From Dictyostelium discoideum (lineage: Eukaryota): a stretch of 64,000 bases of DNA. The translations under genes and the position numbers were made by a program. Within the stretch, counting starts at the first letter, position 1. Every line of letters starts with the position of its first letter. Below the pieces are notes generated by a model that saw nothing but the letters and a program-made list of their open reading frames with translations, searched no databases and had not been told where the DNA came from. Below are positions 42,941 to 53,637 of this stretch, in pieces. The stretch lies in assembly GCA_000004695.1 (NCBI GenBank), contig CM000152.2:3008001-3072000 (forward strand), in the 5' to 3' direction.

Positions 42941-44942
42941 TTAAAGTTCGGCATTTGAAAATTTATCTGATGGTATATCAAATAATATTTTTAATAGTGT
43001 TTTTTGGGATGAACTTGATTCAGGAATTGTACCACTAGATCCCAATCCTCCTGATGAAGTTGTTGTTGCTGCTGCTTCTGCTGCGTTTGGACCACTTGTA
43101 TTATTGGTAGTGGTAGATTTTAAAGAAAATTCAACTACAATAGTAAACTAAAAATAAATAAAATAAAATTAATATTAATAAATGATTTTCAAATTATATT
43201 ATTCTTTTTTTTTTTTTAAAAAAACTTACCTTAATTGAAGAGAATTTTGATTTAAATTTAGGTGGATCAACTTCATTATTATTAATACTATTTAAAGATA
43301 ATTGATCAGGTAAATGAATGATTAAATGAGTTACTTCATCTGTATTGTTATTATAATTTGAGAATAAAGCATCTTCAACACCAACTTTACCAATGAAACC
43401 TAAAGTGAGTTTATTACCATTTCTATAATTATTACTAGTACTTCCATTTGTGAAATATCTTTTATTTTGTTCTTCAAAAGTTTTTAATTGATCGATTATT
43501 GCTTCTTTTTCATTATCATCAATTTCATCCAATAGACCACTGATAAAGGTTTCATTAGTGTAAAGATCAACCAATTGAGAATTGTCTTCCAATGATACCA
43601 TTGAACCTTTAATTTCCATTGGAAAAGACATAAAGATATAAGAGTGTAATGGATTGGTGAATGTTAGAAACACTTGAAATAGATCTTGATCAATCCATTG
43701 AATCTTTGAGATTGTAACACGTGGAATATAAGAGTATGCGAAATGAGATCTCTTAAATTCTATCTTTCCTGGATTTATATCTGGTTTCACCAATAATCTA
43801 TCACATCTCTTACATCTCTTTGATCTACGAGTTAACAATTGTCTATGTTGTGGTATCAATCCTTTCAATTCTTTACATTGATTTGAAACTTGATGATATC
43901 TTTGCATTAAATTACTAATTTCATCACAATCTTTAATTTTATTAATTTCTTCTAAATCAATATCATCATCATATAATTCATCATCACCATCACCACCACC
44001 ATCACCATCATCATTTGTTTTTTTAAATACCCTTGAGTCAATTCTCTTTTGTTGCATATCTTCAATATCTTGTGTTGTAATTGGTTGTGATTGTATTGAT
44101 TTCTTTATCATTTGATTTGTTAATAATAATGTTGATGATGATGATGATGTTGTTGTTGATGCTAATGGTGAAGTTGGTATTAATTTATTGTCAGGTAATG
44201 GGTGTGGTGTACTTGATTGAATCCAACGTTGATTTTCATCAGGTTTTAAAAAGTTTTTTCTTTGATTATATTTTTGATGTTTTGATTGTTGACCAAGGAA
44301 TTGTTTCATTGCTTGTGCTATTTTAATTCTTGTTAATGTTTTCTTATCTTTTAATGATGTTAACTCTATTGATTCCTTATTAACAACTTCCAATACTTTA
44401 TTGAATTGTAATTGTGATTCAGAGGATTCTTTACTATTCTTTATACTATGTGAATCGAATCTAAACTCTTTTTCACCCGAATTTATTGAATTCCATTTAC
44501 AAAATGCACAATTTAAAAAAAAAGTTTCATTACCAGTCGTTGCATTGGTACTTGCTGAATATGTTAAAATATTAAAACAAATTGGACAATCAAAACATTT
44601 TTTACATCTTTTTAAAAAAATAAATAAAAAAAATAAAAAAAATAAAAAGTTAATTTATATTTGTATATATATGTGTGTATGTTGTATGTTGTTTATTATT
44701 ACATACCTATTACCATTTAAATTTGCTTCTACGGATGAAACATGTTCTAAACAATTTGGACAATAAAAACAATCAATTTCTTCTGTGATACAAAATTTGC
44801 AATTTGTTTTTAAGCAACCACTGCAATAATATAATTCTGATACGTGATATGCCTTACCACAATTACAACTATACTTGATTATATTGTTATTTAAAAGGTC
44901 TTTATTAAACTGAAATGAATTTTCAACTCTTTTAGAATACAT
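42941..44942 (-). CDS. Dynactin subunit 4 (p62, DCTN4) orthologue, 3 exons, ~606 aa (possibly the gene dictyBase calls dynD; symbol not verified)
   Basis: Exons 44942..44707, 44607..43230, 43147..42941. N-terminal zinc-binding region ELYYCSGCLKTNCKFCITEEIDCFYCPNCLEHVSSVEANLNGNR-CKKCFDCPICFNILTYSASTN...CAFCKWNS aligns residue-for-residue with human DCTN4 (LYFCRYC...HYCPSCLEN...KNRCANCFDCPGC). Also RSKRCKRCDRLLVKPDINPGKIEFK matches RSLRCRKCEHNLSKPEFNP. The GTATGT donor sits at the same Arg codon as the conserved NR-C junction. Confidence 0.85.
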
Positions 44943-44987
44943 TTTAAAACTTTTTGAGAATCTTACAGTGGCGACACTCTCATAGAG

Positions 44988-45027
<40 letters not shown>

Positions 45028-45116
45028 AGTTCAAAACATTATTTTTATTTTTTTATTTTTTTTCAAATTTTAATTTTTTTTTTAATTTTTAATTTTTTTT
45101 AATTTTAATTTTTTTT

Positions 45117-45152
<36 letters not shown>

Positions 45153-45702
45153 CTTTTTTCATTTATTTATTCATTTACTTATTGTATATATTACAGATAA
45201 TAAAAATAAATATATATGAAATAAGTAAAAGGTAGAGGGATATAGAGATTGAGATTGAGAATTAGAGAATTAGAGAATTAGAGAATAAAAATAGAGATAA
45301 ATATAATTAAAAGAAATCTATAGATAGGTGTGGTAGAGAGAGAGAGAGATAGAGAAGAGAGGAAGATTCCCTCCCCCCTTTTTAAATTAAAGAGAGAGAG
45401 AAAAGAGGATCAAGGTAAATTAATAATTTTTTTTTTTTTTTTCTTTAAATTTCTTGGGGAAAAAAAAAAAAAAAAACATATATATTTATATGTGTATGCA
45501 TAAAAGTAAGTGATAACAATTTTTCTTTATATTTTATAACCAATCATTTTTTTATTTTTTTATTATCATTTAAAAATTCAACCCCACAATAAATAACTTG
45601 TTAGTTATCATCATATAAATAATTTTAGTTGTGGTGAATGGATATTATTAGTAATAATAACAAAATTAATTTTGTTTTTTTTTTTAACCACTCCTTGCTT
45701 TC

Positions 45703-45747
<45 letters not shown>

Positions 45748-46032
45748 TTTCAATTTTTTTTTTTTTTTTTTTTATTTTTATTTTTTTACTTTCTTTTTCA
45801 ATACAAATTAATACACATAAAACAATAATTCTAATTCTTAAATTTTTATTTTTTTTTATTCTCTAATTAGAGTAGAGAAAAAAAAAAAAAGAAAAAAAAA
45901 AACATTTATAGAAAATAAAAAGAGATAGTAGTTACCAAAAAAACAAGAAAAAAAAAAAAGAAATCAAGGTTTTAAGAGGAAAGAAAAAAAAGAGAAAAGA
46001 AAAAAAAAAGAAAAACAAAAGAAATCTATAGG

Positions 46033-46281
46033 ATGAAGGAAGATAAGAAAAGCACAAATGGTGAATATGTAGCAGGTACAAATTTTAGATATGGTCAGGT
46101 GGTTTATGGAAGAATGCCAGGATATCCTCAATGGCCAGCTAGAGTTCATGATCCAAGTAAATCAATTTCTTCTGCTGTTAGAAAAGCTCAACCAAAAAGT
46201 AGTCCTATTATATTGCTTCATTTCTTTTCGAGTAATGATTAGTAGGTATTTACTTTTATTATTTATTTTGTTTTTTCACTT

Positions 46282-46318
<37 letters not shown>

Positions 46319-49300
46319 AAAAAAAAAAACAAAAAAAACAAAAAAAAAAAACCAAAAACCAAAAAACAAATACTAACTTTTTTAAAATTTTTCTTTTTAA
46401 ATTTTATTATTGTTTTTAAGTGCATGGTTAACACCAGATTCAGTAACAGATTTTTTAGAAAACCACCCACATAAGAATCAACCAAAGAGTAAACAATGGC
46501 AAAAAGCATATAATGCAGCAATCAAATATTTAAAAAATTCAGAGAGTGAACCAGATAGTGATTCTGATGGAGATTATTCTGGTTCGGATGATTCAAATAT
46601 AGAGAGCGCATCCTCAAGTAGTGAGTCTGAGAGTGAAAAAGTTAAAACGTCGAAAAAATCAGAGAAATCAACCAGTGGTAGTAGTAGTATTATTAATAAT
46701 AGTAGTAGTAGTAGTAAATCATCAGATTCCAAAAAAAAATCATCATCATCATCATCGTCATCGTCATCATCATTATCATCAAACTTAAAATCAGAATCTA
46801 AAAAATCAACATCCTCATTAAAATCAAAATCTAATGGTAGCTCCAAAGTTAAAGCATCAAAACCAGATAAAACTCCAGAACCTATTAAAACAGAGTCTTC
46901 ATCCACAAAATCTGAAGGAAAAACGGAAAAGGCTAAATTGAAAAAAGAAACAGTATCACCAACATTGTCCTCGTCATCATCATCGTCATCAAAAAAGAAA
47001 TCAAGTACCAACAGTAGTAATGGAAAAAGAAAAATTAAAAGCATCAGTAGTGATAGTGAAAGTAGTGACAGTGATAGCGATAGTTTAAGTGATAGTGATA
47101 GTATGAGTGATTCAGATTTTAGCAGTAGTGAAGATGAGGAAAAACATAAAAAACATAAGAGGTTAAAGAAATTGGTAGATCAACCACCAAAGAAAAAAGA
47201 AAAACTTAGTAATGGTGGCAGTAAAAAAGAAATAGCAAGTAAATCTTCCAAAGTAACCACAGCCATTACTACAACAATTGCAGAGACGCCACAACAATCA
47301 ATAAAGAAATCATCCACATCATCATCATCGTCATCATCATCGTCATCACCACCCCTAAGGTCACCAATTACAACCACAACTACAACAACCACAACTACAT
47401 TAATGTCACCACCAACTCAACATCAATCCAATCAAAATTCACTCAGTAGTAGTAATAAACTTTTATCAAAATTAACAAATACAAAGATTCCAATTGTTTC
47501 ATCCTCTTCAACAACTACTACATCAAATGGAAATGGTTTGGGTAATGGTGGTTCTATAATAGGTGTCATTGGAAATAGTATAACCAACAATGGTAGTAGT
47601 GGTAATAGTAATAGTAGTAGTAATAGTATTAATAGCAGTAGCATCACCAATAGTAATAGTACAAATATCATTGATTTTTCAATAGATGATAAACCTTATT
47701 ATAAAGATCCACCCATTTATTCGACAGCAGCACCAACAAAAACAGGTAAATTAGGATCGAACCGAATTTCATCAGAACCTTCACCTTGGAGTATTGATAC
47801 CTCTGACATTAGACAGCAAAGTTCACCAACGATTCAAGCACACAACATGAGTGCTACAACCATTGGAGGAACCAGTATCAATGGAACAACTAGCAGTATT
47901 TATGACTCCTATACCAGTAAATATGGAATGGGTATCAATCCTGATCCATACACTAGTTACACAAGCAATAGCAGCGCAACTCGATATGTCGATGATTATT
48001 ATGCATCCTCATTATTTAAAGATCCATTACTTTCATCCAGTAGCACAACAACAACATCAACCACAACTACACCATTACCAAAAACCTATTACCAAACTTA
48101 CAGTGTAATAGATGTACAAAAATCACCTTACTCTTCATATAAACCAACTTCATCAATTTCATCTTCAACAACATCAACTCCCATTTCACTTTCAACTACT
48201 ACAACCACTTCTTCAACATCATCATCATCGTCATCATCAACACAACCACCACATAATCAATCATCAACCTCTTTGTATAGCCCACACAACCACCATCTAC
48301 ACCACCACAGCCATCATGATATTTTAGATAGCAGAATTTCACCTCCAAAACAGCATCCTATTGATCCTTACTATGAAGATGATTACAGAGATAGAAGGTA
48401 TAGCAGACCGCCATTACCACATCAACAACAACAACAACAGCAACAACAGCAACAACAACAGCAACAACAACAACCAATTTCACCATACTCAAATAGAAAT
48501 GATTTAGATAGAAGAGATCATTACCATGATTCATCACTTTCCCCATCACCCTATAAATCAAGAGATCAATCCCTCCCACCAAGAAGAAGGGACGATGGGT
48601 ATTTACCACCTCCATCACAAACTCAAACCAATTCTTCATCAACATTACCTCAAAACAGAGATTTAAGAATAAATGATTATAATGACAGAGATTTTAGAGA
48701 CAGCCATCCAAGAGATACCAGAACTCCAATTAGAGATTTGAGAGATCGTCCACCCCCACCTTCATCATCCTCATCATCACCTGCACCACTTGGTGGAGGC
48801 TCAAATTATAGAGATCCATATTATGATGGTAGAGGTAGAGGTTTGAGAGGAGGACCACCACCATACAGAGATAATCGTGATAACATTAGACCACCAGTAG
48901 ATAGATATAGAGATAACAACCGAGGTGGAGGTGGTGATTGGGATAGAGACCGTGATTGGGACAGAGACAGAGATAGAATTGATCATAGAGATCGTGATTG
49001 GGATAGATTGGATGACCGTGGTAGAGATAGGGATTTTAGAGATCGTGACATCAGAGACAGAGATTTCAGGGACCGTGATAGAGATTTTAGAGATATTCGT
49101 GATAGAGACCTCTGGGAGAGAGATAGATTATTGGATCGTGAAAGAGACCTCCGTGATAGAGACCTCTGGGAAAGAGATAGAATGTTGGACAGAGACAGAG
49201 AAAGAGATAGACTAGACAGACCAATCGATCATGTAAGGGATAGAGATAGACTTTTAGATGGTCGTGATGGTAGACTATCAATTGATAGTAGAGATAGAAT

Positions 49301-49688
49301 GTTGGATAGAAATGATAGAATTATTGATAATGGTAGAGATAGAGGTGATAGAATTATTGATAATGGTAGGGATAGAATATATTCATCTCAACAACAACAG
49401 CAGCAACAGCAACAACAACAACAACAACCACTTCTCCTACTTCAACATCATCAACCACAATCAAGCATTTTAACATCCTCATCCTCTTCATCTTCAACAA
49501 CTACAACCACTACAACAACAACTGTACCATCATCATCATCGTCATCCTCTTCATCTAATTTATTACCAACAACAACTTCAATAACAATAGCTTCAAACGA
49601 TATTTTATCATCGTCAAATCTTTTAAATGCTCCAATTACTCCAAGTAAAAGAGAAAGTAAATGGGATAAAGAATCAACTAATGGGTCC

Positions 49689-49719
<31 letters not shown>

Positions 49720-49739
49720 ATAATAATAATAATAATAAC

Positions 49740-49780
<41 letters not shown>

Positions 49781-49796
49781 TAATAATAATAATAAT

Positions 49797-49827
<31 letters not shown>

Positions 49828-49877
49828 GTACATCATCAGTTGGCACTACCTCAAAATCAATTACCCCAACAAAATAA
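46033..49877 (+). CDS. PWWP-domain protein with very long low-complexity regions (Ser/Thr-rich, polyQ, polyN) and an Arg-Asp dipeptide-repeat (RD/RDRDW) domain; 2 exons, ~1222 aa
   Basis: Exon 1 46033..46241 (YGQVVYGRMPGYPQWPARVHDP...ILLHFFSSND; HDGF-like PWWP, donor TA|GTAGGT). Exon 2 46421..49877 (acceptor TTTTTAAG; continues Y-AWLTPDSV, i.e. the FFxxxxxAWL part of the PWWP fold). RD domain ~48880..49380 (DRDRDWDRDRDRIDHRDRDWDRLDDRGRDRDFRDRDIRDRDFRDRDRDFRDIRDRDLWERDRLLDRERDLRDRDLWERDRMLDRDRERDRLDR). Confidence 0.75.
49690..49830. repeat. (AAT)n/(AAC) tract, coding poly-Asn at the C-terminus of the PWWP protein
   Basis: ~45 Asn codons with occasional ATT/AAC variants. Confidence 0.9.
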
Positions 49878-50312
49878 AAAAAACGATTAAATTTTTTTTT
49901 TTTAATAAAAATAATATAATATATTTATATTTATAAATTTTGTACATAAATAGAAATTTTTTTTTTTTTTTTTTTTTATTTATTATTATTTATTTTATAA
50001 TTTTCATAAAAAAAACAATTCTTTATTTTTTCCAGGTTGTAATTTTCATAAAAATAAAAAAACAGTGTTTTATAAAAAAAAAAAAAATATCTTTCCAAAA
50101 TTTTATTAATTAAGATGTTTTTGAAAACACGTTTCAAAAAAAAAAATTAAAAAACACGTTTTAAAAAAAAAAAAAAAAAAATTAAAAAAAATTAAAAAAA
50201 AAAAAATTAAAGGAAATGAAAAAATAAATTATAAATAGTAATTAAAACACAAATAAAAAAAAAAATAATTTACCACAATAGAAAAAAATAAAATAAAAAA
50301 AAGAAATCAAAA

Positions 50313-50609
50313 ATGAATTGCCCAATATTTTTATGGAGAATTTATAAATATATAGTGCATTTATTTACAGGAAGATCAGAAATTGAAAGAATATGTTACA
50401 ATATTGAATTAAAATCATTAGATAGATTAGCGTTAATTGAAACTAGTGTAGACTATTCAAAACAACTTGTTCATATAAAAAAAGATATGAAATCAGAATT
50501 TGATCCAGGTGATGTTGCAATTAAAATAGTAGAAATTAAAGGTTTTAATCAAGAATTATTAGCATTTGATTCAATGTAAAATTAATTTCACATTTTATTT
50601 AAAAAAATA

Positions 50610-50651
<42 letters not shown>

Positions 50652-51360
50652 TTTATTTTAGAATTTTACCAAATTTAATATCAGCATTGGAACCAATTAG
50701 TTTATTCCAAGGATTAAAGAAATCAATAGAAAAAAAACAAAAGATACCATATGATAATAATAATCTTGAGCATGAGGCATCATTAGAGAGATTATGGGAG
50801 GCATTATTACCAGATGTTAGAAGATCTGCTAGATTATCTAAAGAATGGGGCACTTTAGGATTTCAAGGTATGGATCCAGCTACTGATTTTAGAGGTATGG
50901 GTATATTGGGTTTAGACAATTTAATTTATTTTTCTACTCAACATTCTGAAGATGCAAGAGAAATTTTAAAAAATTCAAATTCAAAATGTTGTTATCCATT
51001 TGCAATTACTGGTATCAATATTACTGCATTAGTTTTAAATTTAATTGATAAACCTCATTTTAAAATTTACTTTTTTAAAAATGGTTCCACTCTTACTCAA
51101 TTTAATGAACTTTATTGTAAGTTTTTATAAATTTATATAAATATAAATATAAATAAATAAATATATATATATTATTTATTTACTAATTCTTTTATTATTT
51201 TTTACCTTTTTTGAAATTATTAGCTCTAGTATTTATATCATTTGACAGATTTTACCAAAGTAAAAAACCAAAATCAATTATGGAGTTTAATACAATTAAA
51301 AAAGAATTTGAAACAAAAATTAGTCAAAATTCTGATCTTGTTCAACTATTACGTAATTAA
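50313..51360 (+). CDS. ELMO/CED-12-domain (ELMOD-like) protein, 3 exons, ~284 aa
   Basis: Exons 50313..50575, 50662..51116, 51224..51360. ELMO-domain core LERLWEALLPDVRRSARLSKEWGTLGFQGMDPATDFRGMGILGLDNLIYFS and a C-terminal ...KKPKSIMEFNTIKKEFE. Phase-1 GTAAGT donor at 51117. Confidence 0.75.
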
Positions 51361-51767
51361 AAAGAAAGATAGAAAAAAAAAAAAAAAAAAAAAAAAAGAA
51401 ATAAACTTATTTTGTAAATATTTAATTTTTAAAAACAACTAAAGTCATAATATGAATGAGGTAATCATTTTTTACCAATTTTCTTGAGTTTGAATTTGGT
51501 TTAATTAAATATTGATCAATACTGGGTATTTTGGAATAATTAAAATACTTTCGTTAAAGTTTATATTTTTTATTAAAATTATTTTATTTTAATTATAATG
51601 AACATATTTTGTATAAAACTTAGATATGAAATAATCAATATATTTTCCCCATTTCTTTTCTGATTATATTATTCTTTTTCAAAAATCTTTTGAAACCCAA
51701 TAGATATTTAAATTAATTCTATTTTATTTAAATCGGGATTTGCATAAAAAAAAAATATCAAAAATGC

Positions 51768-51800
51768 CTGGATGGCTCAGTGGGTAGAGCGAGCGGCTAT
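51768..51800 (+). pseudogene. 5' half (positions 1-33) of a tRNA-Asn-like gene. Truncated in the anticodon stem and continued by unrelated sequence
   Basis: GCCTGGATGGCTCAGTGGGTAGAGCGAGCGGCT matches the intact tRNA at 52646 at 31/33 positions, including ~12 bp of upstream flank (ATCAAAAAT). It is followed by ATTAGTTATTTTT, not the anticodon loop. Confidence 0.6.
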
Positions 51801-51960
51801 TAGTTATTTTTATCATTTAATTGAAAATATTTTAATGAAATATTTAAAAATGGACTTTTTTTTTAATGGAATAACGCAATTTTTAGTTGCTTCTTCTTGA
51901 GATATGACTCATTTTATTAATTTTATTTTTAGATATTACAGGTGCCTTTTGGGGTTGTAT

Positions 51961-52009
<49 letters not shown>

Positions 52010-52631
52010 TTGGGGGGTGTAGAGTGTGTTTAGTGACGTAATATATTTGTTGAGGTTTGATGGTAGTGCTACTGTGTGTAGTGGTGAGTTCCAGTGTTTG
52101 CTAAATCTTTCGAGTTGTAGGGAGATGATGTTTTTGAATTTTTTTATTTGTTCGTTGTTGGTTGCTTTTTTTTCTTGTCTGATTAGTTTGTATATGTTGT
52201 TTTTTGTTCTTTCCCAGGCTGCTGTTTGAGTTTTCTTTAGTTCGTGTACTAGTAGTTGTTTTCTTAAGTTTTTGAGTGTTATTCCTTCGTGGATTTTCTT
52301 GTTTCTTCTTCTCCAGATGTTTTCGCAAATAATGGCTATGGCGTTGGCTGTTAATGGAATGTCTAGTCTGTTGAAGATTTCTATTCCCCAATTGATTCTG
52401 GATCCTCCAGATTTTTCTTGAATGTAGTTGATGCACTCTTGAGTTTCTTTAATGTGTGATTTGCATTTGAAGAAGATGTGTTCTGAGGTTTCCTGTTCGT
52501 TACACCAGATGCAAGGGGCGTTGTGGATCTTTGGAAGAGCTTTAAGAGCTAATCTCCATAGGAGGTCTCTTCTTTTCAAGTTGACTATTTTCCTGATTTA
52601 TTTTAAAATGGACAGGAGCAAAAAAAACGAA
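51961..52631 (-). mobile_element. 5'-truncated tRNA-gene-targeted non-LTR retrotransposon fragment (TRE-like): C-terminal ORF2 with CCHC zinc knuckle plus 3' poly(A)45
   Basis: Minus-strand ORF open from ~52600 to TAA at 52004. It encodes ...LKALPKIHNAPCIWCNEQETSEHIFFKCKSHIKETQECINYI... (C-x2-C-x8-H-x4-C, typical ORF2 C-terminus of L1-clade/TRE elements). 38-nt 3' UTR, then A45 (T45 on + strand, 51961..52005). The truncated 5' end abuts the 5' end of tRNA-Asn at 52646 (<50 bp), the characteristic Dictyostelium TRE target position. The span 51807..51960 may also belong to the element. Confidence 0.7.
52004..52600 (-). CDS. Retroelement ORF2 C-terminal fragment (no authentic start; truncated reverse-transcriptase tail with zinc knuckle)
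   Basis: Track ORF 52004..52579 (TTG pseudo-start). Upstream frame open to ~52600 with no ATG. Basic K/R-rich composition and higher GC than flanking DNA. Confidence 0.6.
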
Positions 52632-52645
52632 GTTTCATCAAAAAT

Positions 52646-52718
52646 GCCTGGATGGCTCAGTAGGCAGAGCGAGCGGCTGTTAACCGCTAGGTCCATGGTT
52701 CGATCCCATGTCTAGGCG
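52646..52718 (+). tRNA. tRNA-Asn (anticodon GUU), 73 nt, no intron, CCA not encoded
   Basis: Acceptor stem GCCTGGA/TCTAGGC (one G-U pair). D-arm GCTCAGTAGGCAGAGC. Anticodon stem-loop AGCGG-CTGTTAA-CCGCT (GTT at positions 34-36 with U33/A37). Variable loop AGGTC. T-arm CATGG-TTCGATC-CCATG. Discriminator G. Confidence 0.9.
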
Positions 52719-53340
52719 AAAATTTTGAAGCTCGAAAAAAATAAATCACAGGTTCAATTCCCGAAAAAACAGAAAACTAGAAAAAATCTCATTCAAAACT
52801 TCCATACAAACAAAAAACAATTCTCTTTATTAGATAATTTTTTAAATAAAAAATAAAAAAATAACTTTTTTAAAATTTTTTTTAAATAATGAAATTGTTA
52901 AAATGAGGGTAAAAATATTTATTTTAATATTTCAAAAGATTAAATTATTTATTTTTTCTATTTTTTTTAATTTTTTTTTTTTTTTTTTTTTTTTTTTCAA
53001 TAAAAGGTATTTTATAACATCAAGGATTAGCCACCTTTCGATATTCTTTCAATTATGTCATGTTAGTAAATTAAAAGGTTAATTTTTTATTTTATTTTAA
53101 AATTTTTAAATTTCCCAAACCCATCAAAGTATTTCATGACGAAAGCATTTAATGAAAAGTTGAATTGCTTAAAAAATTAATAAATTGATTTTCATTATTT
53201 TTTCACATTAACTAATTTTCAAAGATTAATGTGATAAAAAAAAATTATTTTTTTAATTTCCCAAACCTTTAAAAGCATTTCATGATGAAAAGTCAAATCT
53301 AACCCACCAAAACACAAATTCTTTGAAAATATTTCAAGTG

Positions 53341-53378
<38 letters not shown>

Positions 53379-53637
53379 AATAAAAAAGATTTTTATTTTT
53401 CAAAAAAAAAAAAATAAAAAAAAAAAAAAAAAAAAAAATTGAAATCAACCAACTGTTTCATTTTTTTTATAAATAAACCAATCACCAAAAAAAAATAAAA
53501 AAAATTAAAAAAATTAAAAAAATTAAAAATAGCATACATTAAATTTTAAATAATTGAAAATAAATAAATAACAACCATTGTTGTTTTTAAACAAAAAAAA
53601 AAAAAATAATAATAATAAAAAACTAAACTAAAAAGAA

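Noticed and set aside
46574-49846. Multiple antisense ORFs (poly-D, poly-L, poly-V) across the PWWP gene
   Set aside because: Low-complexity coding repeats (TCA/TCT Ser, CAA Gln, AAT Asn) keep several frames open. Only the + frame joins the PWWP exon and carries coherent sequence.
52735-52765. GGTTCAATTCCCG, resembling a tRNA T-arm, ~25 bp downstream of tRNA-Asn
   Set aside because: No complementary T-stem or acceptor stem can be built. Probably a chance match or a very decayed tRNA 3' remnant.
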